Below are positions 20,956 to 32,000 of a DNA stretch of 32,000 nt, piece by piece. The stretch lies in the NCBI GenBank assembly GCA_045690015.1, contig CP145877.1, forward strand, positions 90,001 to 122,000, in the 5' to 3' direction. This DNA is from Candidatus Saccharimonadota bacterium. Lineage in GTDB: Bacteria; Pseudomonadota; Gammaproteobacteria; Enterobacterales; Enterobacteriaceae. Numbering within the stretch: the first letter of the stretch is position 1; every line of letters starts with the position of its first letter. The translations under genes and the position numbers were made by a program. The notes under the pieces were generated by a model. That model was not told the origin of the DNA. It searched no databases and saw only the letters and a program-made list of their open reading frames with translations.

Positions 20956-21040
20956 TCTAAAGTAGATAAAACCGGACGTAAATTATTTATCCGGTATTTC
21001 ATTTCCACCAATGATTGGACTTCTTGAAGGAGATCTATTA

Positions 21041-21334
21041 ATGAAAATTCGTCCATTGCATGATCGGGTTATCGTCAAACGTAAAGAGGTTGAATCTAAA
21101 TCGGCCGGAGGTATTGTACTAACAGGATCGGCCGCAGGTAAATCAACTAGAGGTGAAGTATTGGCGGTAGGTAATGGTCGTATTCTAGATAATGGTGAAA
21201 CTAAACCACTAGATGTAAAAATTGGCGATACTGTTATTTTTAATGATGGTTATGGTGTAAAAACTGAAAAAATAGATAATGAAGAAGTATTAATTCTGTC
21301 CGAAAGCGATATTTTAGCTATTCTTGAAGTATAA
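21041..21334 (+). CDS. groES: Co-chaperonin GroES
   Basis: Conserved GroES begins at [14 protein letters not shown], with ATG at 21041 and an AAGGAG Shine-Dalgarno at 21027-21032. That gives 97 aa. The track ORF from 21011 adds 10 non-conserved residues. Confidence 0.96.
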   Translation: MKIRPLHDRVIVKRKEVESKSAGGIVLTGSAAGKSTRGEVLAVGNGRILDNGETKPLDVKIGDTVIFNDGYGVKTEKIDNEEVLILSESDILAILEV

Positions 21335-21357
21335 GACTTATAGATGAAACAATTTAA

Positions 21358-23016
<1,659 letters not shown>

Positions 23017-23070
23017 GTTAAAAATTACTTAAATAAAATACCATTCTAATCAACATGATTATGTTAATAA

Positions 23071-23103
23071 GCCCCTGCTAATAAATAGCAGGGCTTTTCT
23101 TTT
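23071..23103 (+). terminator. Rho-independent terminator downstream of groEL
   Basis: The GC-rich stem gcccctgcta (23071-23080) pairs with tagcagggc (23086-23094) with one bulged C. The loop is ataaa, followed by the T tract ttttctttt (23095-23103). Confidence 0.75.
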
Positions 23104-23161
23104 CTATTTGTTTTATTATATAAAGTGTTATTTTAGATTAATTTACATATTATACTTATAA

Positions 23162-24076
23162 ATGAAATTAAATACTTTCCAAAGTATAATTAGTGATCTT
23201 CAAGATTATTGGGAATCTAAAGGTTGCATTATAGTTCAACCTTTGGATTTAGAAGTAGGTGCGGGAACTTCACATCCTATAACTTGTCTTGGTGCGATCG
23301 GTCCTGAACCTATTAAAGCTGCATATGTGCAAGCATCTCGTCGTCCAACAGATGGACGTTATGCAAATAATCCTAATCGCTTTCAACATTTTTATCAGTT
23401 TCAAGTTATTATAAAACCATCACCTGAAAATATACAGGATTTATATCTTAATTCATTAAATGCATTAGGAATTAATACTTTTGTTCATGATATTCGTTTT
23501 ATTCAAGATGATTGGGAAAATCCAACACTTGGAGCATGGGGTTATGGTTGGGAAATATGGCTGAATGGAATGGAAATAACTCAATTTACTTATTTTCAGC
23601 AAATGGGAGGACTAGAATGTCTTCCTATTATGGTAGAAATAACATATGGTTTAGAAAGATTAGCAATGCATTTGCAACAAATAGATAATATCTGTAATAT
23701 TGTATGGCATACAGATAATAATAATAAAAAATCCATTACTTATGGTGATTTATTTATTCAAAATGAAATAGAATATTCTTATTATAATTTTCAATATGCT
23801 GATATTAATTTTCTATTAACTTGTTTTGATCAATATGAACAAGAGGCAAATAAGTTAATTAAATTAGAAAAACCATTGTTAATCCCAGCTTATGAATTAA
23901 TTTTAAAAGCAATGCATATTTTTAATGTGCTTGAAGCAAGAAAAGTAATTTCTGTGACTGAACGTCAGCGATATATTTTACGTCTCCGAGCACTTACTAA
24001 AACAGTTGTCATCAAATATTATAAGTATCGACAAGCCTTAGGTTTTCCTAGATGTGAAATCAGCAATCAGAAATAA
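23162..24076 (+). CDS. glyQ: Glycine--tRNA ligase alpha subunit
   Basis: The 304-aa ORF contains [27 protein letters not shown] and [21 protein letters not shown], colinear with E. coli GlyQ. Confidence 0.96.
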   Translation: MKLNTFQSIISDLQDYWESKGCIIVQPLDLEVGAGTSHPITCLGAIGPEPIKAAYVQASRRPTDGRYANNPNRFQHFYQFQVIIKPSPENIQDLYLNSLNALGINTFVHDIRFIQDDWENPTLGAWGYGWEIWLNGMEITQFTYFQQMGGLECLPIMVEITYGLERLAMHLQQIDNICNIVWHTDNNNKKSITYGDLFIQNEIEYSYYNFQYADINFLLTCFDQYEQEANKLIKLEKPLLIPAYELILKAMHIFNVLEARKVISVTERQRYILRLRALTKTVVIKYYKYRQALGFPRCEISNQK

Positions 24077-24080
24077 TTTT

Positions 24081-26069
24081 ATGATTCCCAATAAAAAAAC
24101 CTTTTTAGTAGAGATTGGTACTGAAGAATTACCCTCTAAAAAATTACATAGTATTGCAGTAACATTTAGTAATAATTTTATAGAAGAACTTCATAAAAAT
24201 AATTTACAATATGATCAATTATGTTGGTTTGCATCTCCACGTCGTCTTGCAGTTAAGATAGATGGATTAAATACTTTTTTTACTAAAGCAGTAATTTTGC
24301 CCTCAGTTCCCGATAATTTAGCTAGTAAATACGAAAAAAAATCTAACGATTTAATTTATAAAAACAATTTTACTAAAAATCTTTTGCCAGCAATAGTAAA
24401 AAATGCTTTATCTAAACTTATAAAAAACCAATTTCCTTCTATGCGTTGGGGAGAAGGAAAAATGAGATTCATACGGCCTGTTCATAGTGTATTATTATTA
24501 TTTGGCGATGAATTAATTCCAATTAAACTACTTGGAATACAATCTTCTACCAAAATTTTTGGTCATCGATTTATGGGACAATTAGAATTTAATATTAATT
24601 CGGCAGAAGAATATGCAGAAATTTTGCTGACACGTGGCAAAGTAATAGCTTGTTATGAAAAACGGAAAATAAAAATATTATCTCAGGTAAAAAATGCTGC
24701 TTTTGAAATAGGAGGAAAAGTAAAAATTGATAACTTTCTTTTAGAAGAACTAACTTCCTTAGTTGAATGGCCTGTAGTTTTAATAGGATCTTTCGATAAT
24801 CAATTTTTATCTCTACCTATATTAAAACATATTATCCAAGATCATCAAAAATGCTTTTTAGTTTATAATTATCAGAATAATCAATTAATTCCTAAATTCA
24901 TTTTAATAACTAATATTGAATCCCAATATCCTAAAAAAATAATTGAGGGTAATGAAAAAATTATTCATTCTCGGTTATGTGATGCAAAATTTTTTATTAA
25001 TGAAGATCGTAAAAAACATCTATATGAATACTTTTCATTATTAGAAAAAATTAGTTTTCAACATCAGTTAGGTTCATTACGTGATAAAGCAGAAAGAATT
25101 AAAAAATTAGCTATTTACATAGCTCAAAAAATTAATGTAAATCTAATTGATGTTAAACGTGCTGCATTACTAGCTAAATGTGATTTAGCTACAAATATAG
25201 TATTTGAATTTCCAAAGACTCAAGGGATTATTGGTATGCATTATGCACTTCTTGATAGTGAAAAAGAAGAAATTGCAATCGCTATAAAAGAACATTATCA
25301 TCCCTGTTATAAAAATGATTGTTTACCCTCTAATCTTATAGGTTGTACAATAGCTATAGCTGATAAAATTGATACGTTAATTGGTATTATTGGAATTGGA
25401 ATGCATTCAACAGGGGATCAAGATCCTTTCGCATTAAGACGTAATGCATTAGGGTTATTGCGCATTATATTAGAAAAAAAACTTGGATTAGATCTATACT
25501 TTCTTATACAAAAATCTATTAAATCTTATAATAATAAACTAACCAATATAACAGTAGCTAATGATGTTATGCAATATTTGTTTAAACGTTTGGCATCGTG
25601 GTATAAAGAAAAAGGCTACAGAAATGATCTTATTCAAGCGGTATCATCTCGGAATCCAACTTTACTATGTGATTTTGATGCACGTATAAAAGCACTTTCT
25701 TCTTTTAAAGAATCTTTTAAAATTATTATGATTAATAAAAGAGTCTCTAATTTTTTAACAAAAAATCTAAAAGAAAATTTGGATTTAAATCAAGAAATTG
25801 ACTTATCACTTTTTATACAAGATGAAGAAAAAAAGCTTGCATATTACCTTATTAATTTAACTAATAAACTACAAACTTATTTTGATAACTATAATTATCC
25901 AATGATTTTAACAGAACTAATTCCCTTATATGATCTGGTTAATAATTTTTTCCAATTCGTACCTATAAATATTTCTAACAATAGTTTAAGAATTAATCGA
26001 TTTAAATTATTGGTAAAATTACAAGAAATTTTTTTTAAAATCGCCGATTTTTCTCTACTCCAATATTAA
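24081..26069 (+). CDS. glyS: Glycine--tRNA ligase beta subunit
   Basis: Conserved GlyS begins at KTFLVEIGTEELPSKKL. ATG at 24081 lies 4 nt after the glyQ TAA. The track ORF start at 24054 is a GTG inside glyQ. Internal blocks LVEWPVVL, NIES, GNEKIIHSRL.DAKFF, DPFALRRNALG and NKRVSN are present. Confidence 0.94.
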   Translation: MIPNKKTFLVEIGTEELPSKKLHSIAVTFSNNFIEELHKNNLQYDQLCWFASPRRLAVKIDGLNTFFTKAVILPSVPDNLASKYEKKSNDLIYKNNFTKNLLPAIVKNALSKLIKNQFPSMRWGEGKMRFIRPVHSVLLLFGDELIPIKLLGIQSSTKIFGHRFMGQLEFNINSAEEYAEILLTRGKVIACYEKRKIKILSQVKNAAFEIGGKVKIDNFLLEELTSLVEWPVVLIGSFDNQFLSLPILKHIIQDHQKCFLVYNYQNNQLIPKFILITNIESQYPKKIIEGNEKIIHSRLCDAKFFINEDRKKHLYEYFSLLEKISFQHQLGSLRDKAERIKKLAIYIAQKINVNLIDVKRAALLAKCDLATNIVFEFPKTQGIIGMHYALLDSEKEEIAIAIKEHYHPCYKNDCLPSNLIGCTIAIADKIDTLIGIIGIGMHSTGDQDPFALRRNALGLLRIILEKKLGLDLYFLIQKSIKSYNNKLTNITVANDVMQYLFKRLASWYKEKGYRNDLIQAVSSRNPTLLCDFDARIKALSSFKESFKIIMINKRVSNFLTKNLKENLDLNQEIDLSLFIQDEEKKLAYYLINLTNKLQTYFDNYNYPMILTELIPLYDLVNNFFQFVPINISNNSLRINRFKLLVKLQEIFFKIADFSLLQY

Positions 26070-26235
26070 ATTAACATAAATGAATGAAAGGTAGAATTTT
26101 TTAGATCCATCGTTTATACAGTAGCATTTACAGCTACATATTCCATTACATTGATAATAATAACATTTTTAGAGTGATTATTTTTTTTGATATATTATAT
26201 TAAAATAATAATTGCTAATTACTCCGTAAAATTTT

Positions 26236-27183
26236 TCATAAATAAGTTAAAATGATTTGATCTAATTTATGTTGATCCCTAGAGAAATGTCGAATACCTT
26301 GTGAGAGATTTTCTACAGCCATAGCATCTTGATTATGTTCCCACCTAAATACTGATTCTATAATTCTAGGAACTTTTACGTAACTTTCAGTAATCATAGG
26401 GAAAAGTTTACGCGTTATGGGTATATTAGTAGTTTTTATCTGATCTAGCAACTCTGGAGATATAGTAAGTGAATCACATCCGGCTAAAGCAATTATTTGT
26501 TCAATTCTCCTAAAACTCGCTCCCATAATTATAGTTTTATAGTTATATTTTTTATAATAACTATAAATATTACGAATAAATTGAACTCCAGGATCAGTAA
26601 CATTATCATTGATTAATTTTTTTAAGTAATACCAATCATAAATTCTGCCTACAAATGGAGAAATTATAAATACTCCCGCGTCAGCACAAGCTCGGGCTTG
26701 TGCTGACGAAAATAACAGAGTCATATTACAATGGATTCCATCCATCTCAAGTTTTTCTGCTGCACGAATAGCTTCCCACGTAGAAGCTAATTTAATAACA
26801 ATACGTGATTTAGAAATTCCTTCTTCTTCATACATGTTAATCAATTTATATGCTTGATTTAGGCACATGTTTTGATTAAAAGAAAAACGACTATCTATTT
26901 CAGTAGAAATTTGTCCCGAGATATTAGAAAGTATTTGTAACCCAATGTTAACTAAGATTTTATTATTAGCATTAAGTAATTGATTTTTTTTACTACCACC
27001 TTGGTTTTTAGCATATCTAACTGAATTTTTTATTAAATAATGATACTGAGGTTTTATAAGAGTTTTTAATATTAAAGAAGGATTTGTGGTAACATGAATA
27101 GGATGATATTGAATAATATATTCAATATCAGCAGTATCAGCGACAATAGTCGTATATTCTTTTAATTTATCTAATGAGTTCAT
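26236..27183 (-). CDS. tal: Transaldolase
   Basis: The 315-aa ORF contains LKEYTTIVADTADI, TTNPSLILK, the Schiff-base Lys context IKLASTWEAIRAAEKLE and LLFSSAQARACADAGVFIISPFVGRIYDWY. I cannot separate a talA from a talB orthologue. Confidence 0.93.
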   Translation of the reverse strand: MNSLDKLKEYTTIVADTADIEYIIQYHPIHVTTNPSLILKTLIKPQYHYLIKNSVRYAKNQGGSKKNQLLNANNKILVNIGLQILSNISGQISTEIDSRFSFNQNMCLNQAYKLINMYEEEGISKSRIVIKLASTWEAIRAAEKLEMDGIHCNMTLLFSSAQARACADAGVFIISPFVGRIYDWYYLKKLINDNVTDPGVQFIRNIYSYYKKYNYKTIIMGASFRRIEQIIALAGCDSLTISPELLDQIKTTNIPITRKLFPMITESYVKVPRIIESVFRWEHNQDAMAVENLSQGIRHFSRDQHKLDQIILTYL

Positions 27184-27519
27184 ATAATCTTATAAAGATA
27201 ATTTTACTTATAAATTAATAGATATAGGATTAATATAAATCGTATATATATGCAAATTTTTTTGTACTAAAAATACTGTTCATCTATTAATAGATAATAT
27301 TAACAATTTTTTGTAATTCTATCAATTATAACTAAGTTGAATTGAGGTTCTGAAAAAACACATATTGCTTTATTTTTTATGAAAACATTATTATAAATTC
27401 ATTATTCCTGGAGGAATGTTATTATGATACTCTAATAAGACCTTCTATAGTAAGAATTACAACTATAATATTTATTATTATAGCTCTATTTAAAACTGTA
27501 ACAGCATTATAAAAAATAG

Positions 27520-28545
27520 TTATTTTTTTATGCTATCTAAATTTTTGTTAATTTCAAAATGTTTATATGCTTGAGAAGTAGCTATACGTCCTCTCGGTGT
27601 ACGTTTAATATACCCTTGTTGTATTAAGAATGGTTCTAAGATATCTTCAATAGTATCTTTTTCTTCACCAATCGCCGCTGCAAGATTATCTAATCCTACT
27701 GGTCCTCCACTAAATTGATCAATTATTGTAAATAATAATTTACGATCCATATAATCAAGTCCTTTATTATCTACATTTAGCAGATTTAATGCTTTTCCTG
27801 CTACTTCACCATTTAAATTGCTTGCTGCATGCACATCAGCAAAATCACGTACTCGACGTAATAATCGATTAGCAATACGGGGTGTACCTCGTGCTCTTCG
27901 TGCAATTTCTAATATTCCATCCTCACTAATTTCTAATCCTAAACGTACTGCACTACGATTTACAATTTGTTTCAGATCTAAAATTGAATAAAATTCAAGA
28001 CGTTGTATAATCCCAAAACGATCCCGCAGTGGAGAAGTTAAGGCACCTGCTTTAGTAGTAGCTCCAATTAAAGTAAAAGGAGGTAAATCAATTTTAATTG
28101 AACGTGCAGTGGGACCGTTTCCTATCATAATATCTAATTGATAATCTTCCATAGCGGGATATAAAACTTCTTCTACTAGGGGAGATAATCGATGAATTTC
28201 ATCGATAAATAATATTTCCTGAAATTCTAGATTAGTAAGAATTGCTGCTAAATCTCCAGCTTTTTCTAATACTGGACCGGAAGTAGTCCGTAAATTCACA
28301 CCCATTTCATTAGCTATAATATTAGCCAATGTAGTTTTACCTAATCCTGGAGGTCCAAATATTAGCACATGATCGAGAGTATTTTTCCTAATTTTAGCAG
28401 CTTTAATAAATATCTCCATTTGCTCTTTTACAGGTTTTTGTCCTATATATTCCATTAGAGTTTTTGGTCGTAGAGCACGTTCCGGAATTTTTCTTTCCAT
28501 TACATCAATTTCACTTAAATTAGGTGAAGTTAATCGAGAGGTCAT
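27520..28545 (-). CDS. ruvB: Holliday junction branch-migration ATPase RuvB
   Basis: The ORF contains [11 protein letters not shown], Walker [12 protein letters not shown], Walker [10 protein letters not shown] and [18 protein letters not shown]. The track start at 28590 is a GTG inside ruvA. Plausible starts are the ATGs at 28557 or 28545, and I chose 28545 by length agreement with E. coli RuvB. Confidence 0.93.
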   Translation of the reverse strand: MTSRLTSPNLSEIDVMERKIPERALRPKTLMEYIGQKPVKEQMEIFIKAAKIRKNTLDHVLIFGPPGLGKTTLANIIANEMGVNLRTTSGPVLEKAGDLAAILTNLEFQEILFIDEIHRLSPLVEEVLYPAMEDYQLDIMIGNGPTARSIKIDLPPFTLIGATTKAGALTSPLRDRFGIIQRLEFYSILDLKQIVNRSAVRLGLEISEDGILEIARRARGTPRIANRLLRRVRDFADVHAASNLNGEVAGKALNLLNVDNKGLDYMDRKLLFTIIDQFSGGPVGLDNLAAAIGEEKDTIEDILEPFLIQQGYIKRTPRGRIATSQAYKHFEINKNLDSIKK

Positions 28546-28564
28546 TAGATATCTCATTTTATAA

Positions 28565-29197
28565 TCATAGTGCAATCCGAAGAGCTTCACGTATTAGTGT
28601 TTCACAATCTATATTTGCATTATTAATATTCACTTTATCGATCATGCGTTTTGCCTCTTGAGGTTTATAACCTAAGACTATTAAAGCTGATATAGCTTCA
28701 TTTTCTACCTGTCGATTGGGTTTATCTAAAATATGTTCAGTCTTAGTTTTTTGGGAAACTTCCATTTTTGAAGAGCTAAAAAATAAGCTATGCTTATGTA
28801 TAATACGATCTCTAATTTCAATAACTAATCGTTCAGCAGTTTTTTTACCCACACCAGGTAATTTTACTAAAATATCTATTTCATTACCTTTAATAGCTGA
28901 AATCAACTCGGTAGCAGACATTCCTGATAAAATAGCTAAAGCTAATTTAGGTCCAATTCCATTTACTTTAATTAACTCACGAAATAATGTTCTTTCTTGT
29001 TTATTATTAAAACCAAATAGCAGTTGAGCATCTTCCCGTACAACAAAATGTATCAAAATATTTACCTCAGAATTTAATTTGGGAAGACGATAAAAACAAG
29101 TCATAGGCATACTTATTTGATAACCTATACCATTAACATCCAGCAAAATTTCTGGAGGAGACTTATCAATAATAATGCCTTTTAAACTTCCTATCAC
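28565..29197 (-). CDS. ruvA: Holliday junction DNA-binding protein RuvA
   Basis: The 210-aa ORF contains [66 protein letters not shown] and [12 protein letters not shown]. It starts with GTG (cac at 29195-29197). Confidence 0.95.
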   Translation of the reverse strand: MIGSLKGIIIDKSPPEILLDVNGIGYQISMPMTCFYRLPKLNSEVNILIHFVVREDAQLLFGFNNKQERTLFRELIKVNGIGPKLALAILSGMSATELISAIKGNEIDILVKLPGVGKKTAERLVIEIRDRIIHKHSLFFSSSKMEVSQKTKTEHILDKPNRQVENEAISALIVLGYKPQEAKRMIDKVNINNANIDCETLIREALRIAL

Positions 29198-29253
29198 TTA
29201 ACATTCCTTAAAATGTAAAAAATTAAATATAGTATAAGATTGTACTTAATTAT

Positions 29254-29748
29254 TTATTCCTTCAATAAGGATTGCATCCTATACATATGACAATGAGTAA
29301 TTGCAATAGCTAAAGCATCAGCGGCATCTTCGGGTGGATTAGTAGATAAATTAAGTAAGATACGTACCATACGTTGAACTTGATATTTTTTCGCTGCTCC
29401 ATTTCCGACTACAGCTTGTTTAACTTGTTTAGCCGCATATTCAAATACTTGTAAATCATGATTAGCGGCTGATACTATTGCCACTCCTTGAGCCTGTCCT
29501 AATTTCAAAGCTGATTTAGTATTATTAGCCATAAAAATTTGTTCAATTGCTAAAATTTTAGGATTATATTGATTAATAATTTTACTTATGCCCCAATAAA
29601 TATCTTTTAAACGTAAATAAAAACTCTTTTTTATATTGGTAGAAATACAACCAGAAGCTAAATAATCAATAATTTTTCCTCTTTGACAAAGGATAATTCC
29701 ATATCCAGTAATTTTTGATCCAGGATCTATTCCTAAAATGGTCATCAT
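29254..29748 (-). CDS. ruvC: Holliday junction resolvase RuvC
   Basis: Conserved RuvC begins at M(M)[15 protein letters not shown], with ATG at 29748 or 29745. The catalytic contexts are IDPG, AIEQIF and [15 protein letters not shown]. The track ORF start at 29844 overlaps yebC and is not conserved. Confidence 0.93.
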   Translation of the reverse strand: MMTILGIDPGSKITGYGIILCQRGKIIDYLASGCISTNIKKSFYLRLKDIYWGISKIINQYNPKILAIEQIFMANNTKSALKLGQAQGVAIVSAANHDLQVFEYAAKQVKQAVVGNGAAKKYQVQRMVRILLNLSTNPPEDAADALAIAITHCHMYRMQSLLKE

Positions 29749-29779
29749 TGATTTCATTGTTAACTTAACTTTTAACAGG

Positions 29780-30532
29780 TTAGGAGCATTCAGGTGTGAT
29801 AGATATTTCATTTGCATTATGATAAATTTCTTGTATCTCATCACAAGACTGAAGTTTTTGAATTAAATTCAATAATTGAACCATATATTTCGGATCTAAT
29901 TCAATTTTAGTAATTGGAGTCATTATAATGGAGGATTTTTCAGTTTTAAAACCTGAAGTAGTTAAAATATATTGAATTGTAATTAGTAATTCAGGTTTTA
30001 GAAAAATCTTAAACATTCCATTTTTTAAATCTAAAATATCTTCCGCACCTGCATCTAATGCCATATTAATTATTTGTTCTTCATCTTGCGTTGGTGCCAC
30101 TAACGAAATAACTCCGGTTTGTTTGAATAAGTATGAAACCGATCCATTAATAGCTAAATTACCACCATATTTAGTAAATATATGTCTTAATTTAGAAACC
30201 GTACGTTTGCGATTATCACTTAAACATTTAATCATAATTGCAGTACCCCCGGGTCCATAACCTTCATATGTGATATCTTCTAAAGAAGAATCATCTAGAT
30301 TAATAATAGCTTCTGCACGCCTAATAGCACGATTGATAGCATCACGATTCATATTATTGGCGCATGCTTTATTTAGAGCTGCACGTAACCGAGCATTAAT
30401 ACTTGGATCTGATCCGCCGATTTTAACAGCAGTTACAACATCTCGAATAATTTTAGTAAAAATATTTCCACGTTTTGCATCTTGTATTGCTTTTCTATGT
30501 TTAGTATTTGACCATTTACTATGTCCTGACAT
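29780..30532 (-). CDS. yebC: YebC/PmpR family transcriptional or translational regulator
   Basis: The 250-aa ORF contains [30 protein letters not shown] and [13 protein letters not shown]. Its position between aspS and ruvC matches E. coli, but nudB is absent. Confidence 0.94.
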   Translation of the reverse strand: MSGHSKWSNTKHRKAIQDAKRGNIFTKIIRDVVTAVKIGGSDPSINARLRAALNKACANNMNRDAINRAIRRAEAIINLDDSSLEDITYEGYGPGGTAIMIKCLSDNRKRTVSKLRHIFTKYGGNLAINGSVSYLFKQTGVISLVAPTQDEEQIINMALDAGAEDILDLKNGMFKIFLKPELLITIQYILTTSGFKTEKSSIIMTPITKIELDPKYMVQLLNLIQKLQSCDEIQEIYHNANEISITPECS

Positions 30533-30569
30533 TTATTATTTCCAATGAGATTATTTGAATCATTACAGG

Positions 30570-32000
30570 TTAATTTATGAAACTAGGAGCATTTGTCATT
30601 AAGCAAGTAGCAGTAGTAGTTTTTGGGAATGCAATTACATCACGAATATTAGTAGTTCCAGTTAATAACATTACTAGTCGATCTAGTCCTAACGCAATTC
30701 CAGCATGTGGAGGAGTACCATATTTTAGTGCATTCATAAAAAATCCAAACTGATCATTTTGCTGTTGTTTAGTCATTCCTAAAATGGAAAATACAGTTTG
30801 TTGCATATCAAACTGGGAGATACGAACCGAACCACTACCAATCTCATAACCATTTATTATAAGATCATATGTATCAGATAAAATTTTTCTTGGTTTATTT
30901 AAAATATCTTGTACTGTTACCAAGGGAGATGGAGCGGTAAAAGGATGGTGTACACATTTTAATCTTCTGTTTTCATCTTCTGAAAAGAGAGGAAAATTTA
31001 TTACCCATAGAGGTGACCAATCGTTTTCATTAATTAATTGTAATTTTTGTCCTATTTTAACACGTAAAGTCCCTAATATATATGAAACGTTTTGAAAACT
31101 ACCTGAACAAAAAAAGATAATATCACCCGGATTTGCATTTGTACGATGTATAACTGCATCAATAAAATCTTTTGGTAGAATACAGAATTGATTTTGTTTA
31201 TAACAGCCATTTACTAAAATCCAGTCTAAAAATTTTACATCTGATTTAGAACGAACATCTCGAAGATATTCTTTTAATTTTAATTGGTTACTTTCAGGAA
31301 TACGAAGTGCAGCAAATCGTTCTTGAATTATATCTTTTTGTAACGAAAACGTTATAGCTAAATCATTGACATCTACTAGTTCTAAAGGATTACGTAAATC
31401 TGGCTTATCGGATCCATAACGTTGCATAGCTTCCTTAAAAGTAATAATCGGAAAATTTGATAACTCAATTTTCTTTATTTGTTTCCATAACCCACGCACC
31501 ATTCTTTCTAATATTTGACGTACACTTGCAGATGATAAAAAGGAAACTTCCATATCTATCTGAGTAAATTCAGGTTGGCGATCAGTCCTTAGATCTTCAT
31601 CACGAAAACATTTAACAATCTGATAATAACGATCAAAACCAGAAATCATTAATAACTGCTTAAATAGCTGTGGTGATTGAGGCAAAGCATAATATTTGCC
31701 ATTATGCAGGCGACTAGGAACAATATAATCTCGGGCACCTTCAGGAGTTGCTCGAGTCAAAATAGGAGTTTCAATTTCTATAAATTCCTGAGATTCCATA
31801 AATTTTCGTATAAAACTGACACTTTGTGCTCGAATTCTTAATCTTTCAGCTATATCAAAACGACGTAAATCTAAATAACGATACTTTAAACGTGTATCTT
31901 CATTATTAATTTGGTTAATATCTAACGGTAATGATTCTGACGGACTTATAATAACCAGTTCGTTAACACAAACCTCTATAGTACCATTGTTTCTTTGGTA
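30570..32000 (-). CDS. aspS: Aspartate--tRNA ligase (5' end beyond the window edge)
   Basis: The track ORF starts at an internal Met (31799). The same frame continues upstream without a stop to position 32000, encoding [34 protein letters not shown], which matches E. coli AspRS residues of about 110-145. Class II motifs [18 protein letters not shown] and GLDRLVMLL are present. Confidence 0.95.
   Translation of the reverse strand, partial: YQRNNGTIEVCVNELVIISPSESLPLDINQINNEDTRLKYRYLDLRRFDIAERLRIRAQSVSFIRKFMESQEFIEIETPILTRATPEGARDYIVPSRLHNGKYYALPQSPQLFKQLLMISGFDRYYQIVKCFRDEDLRTDRQPEFTQIDMEVSFLSSASVRQILERMVRGLWKQIKKIELSNFPIITFKEAMQRYGSDKPDLRNPLELVDVNDLAITFSLQKDIIQERFAALRIPESNQLKLKEYLRDVRSKSDVKFLDWILVNGCYKQNQFCILPKDFIDAVIHRTNANPGDIIFFCSGSFQNVSYILGTLRVKIGQKLQLINENDWSPLWVINFPLFSEDENRRLKCVHHPFTAPSPLVTVQDILNKPRKILSDTYDLIINGYEIGSGSVRISQFDMQQTVFSILGMTKQQQNDQFGFFMNALKYGTPPHAGIALGLDRLVMLLTGTTNIRDVIAFPKTTTATCLMTNAPSFIN

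Noticed and set aside
21011-21040. A 10-codon extension of groES ([10 protein letters not shown]).
   Set aside because: It contains the AAGGAG Shine-Dalgarno for the conserved MKIRPLHDR start at 21041. GroES is 97 aa in relatives.
24054-24080. A GTG-initiated extension of glyS that overlaps the glyQ 3' end.
   Set aside because: Homology to GlyS begins at the KTFLVEIGTEELP block just after the ATG at 24081, which lies 4 nt past the glyQ stop.
26070-26235. I searched this spacer and the other longer spacers (10680-10876, 12305-12540, 15234-15450 and 23017-23161) for tRNA, sRNA, tmRNA, RNase P or small-ORF signals.
   Set aside because: The spacers are almost pure A/T. They lack G/C-rich stems, a cloverleaf arrangement and T-loop GTTCRANYC-like motifs. 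Their only ORFs are a few codons long.
27270-27312. A partial LexA-box-like ctgt...atag and a Fur-box-like gataatattaacaat next to the palindrome.
   Set aside because: The second LexA half-site (ACAG) is missing. The Fur-like match is only about 13 of 19 positions and consists of A/T positions that are expected by composition.
28546-28590. A GTG-initiated extension of ruvB into ruvA. A similar case is the GTG or ATG extension of ruvC at 29749-29844, which overlaps yebC.
   Set aside because: The extensions are not conserved and overlap the upstream genes. Internal ATGs give lengths that match E. coli RuvB and RuvC.

Overview
This window reads as core housekeeping DNA from a strongly AT-rich, reduced-genome gammaproteobacterium of Enterobacterales descent. 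It resembles an insect endosymbiont of the Blochmannia, Wigglesworthia or Buchnera type, but I cannot name the species without a database search. The standard genetic code fits, because every conserved protein reads through intact. About 37 protein genes are tightly packed, and all are recognisable orthologues of E. coli genes. They fall into six E. coli-like synteny blocks. (1) Positions 1-10679, minus strand: S10 operon genes rpsJ-rplC-rplD-rplW-rplB-rpsS-rplV-rpsC-rplP-rpmC-rpsQ, fused directly to tusD-tusC-tusB-rpsL-rpsG-fusA-tufA. (2) Positions 10877-19301: lpdA, hpt, yadG, yadH, dksA, mrcB, erpA and degP, which is E. coli 3-min-region order with the intervening genes deleted. (3) aspA, groES and groEL. 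(4) glyQ and glyS. (5) A transaldolase gene. (6) ruvB-ruvA-ruvC-yebC-aspS, with aspS running off the right edge. I found no rRNA, tRNA or other recognisable RNA gene, no CRISPR array, no mobile element, no large repeat and no frameshifted pseudogene. The best-supported non-coding features are a sigma-32 heat-shock promoter upstream of groES, a rho-independent terminator after groEL, and a 10-bp long-range pairing in the rpsJ leader that covers the rpsJ ribosome-binding site. I do not see a novel or undescribed multi-gene system here. The findings below are modest: genome-reduction signatures, domain losses and regulatory remnants. Several six-frame ORFs are over-extended at their 5' ends or are antisense shadow ORFs, and I have trimmed or rejected those.
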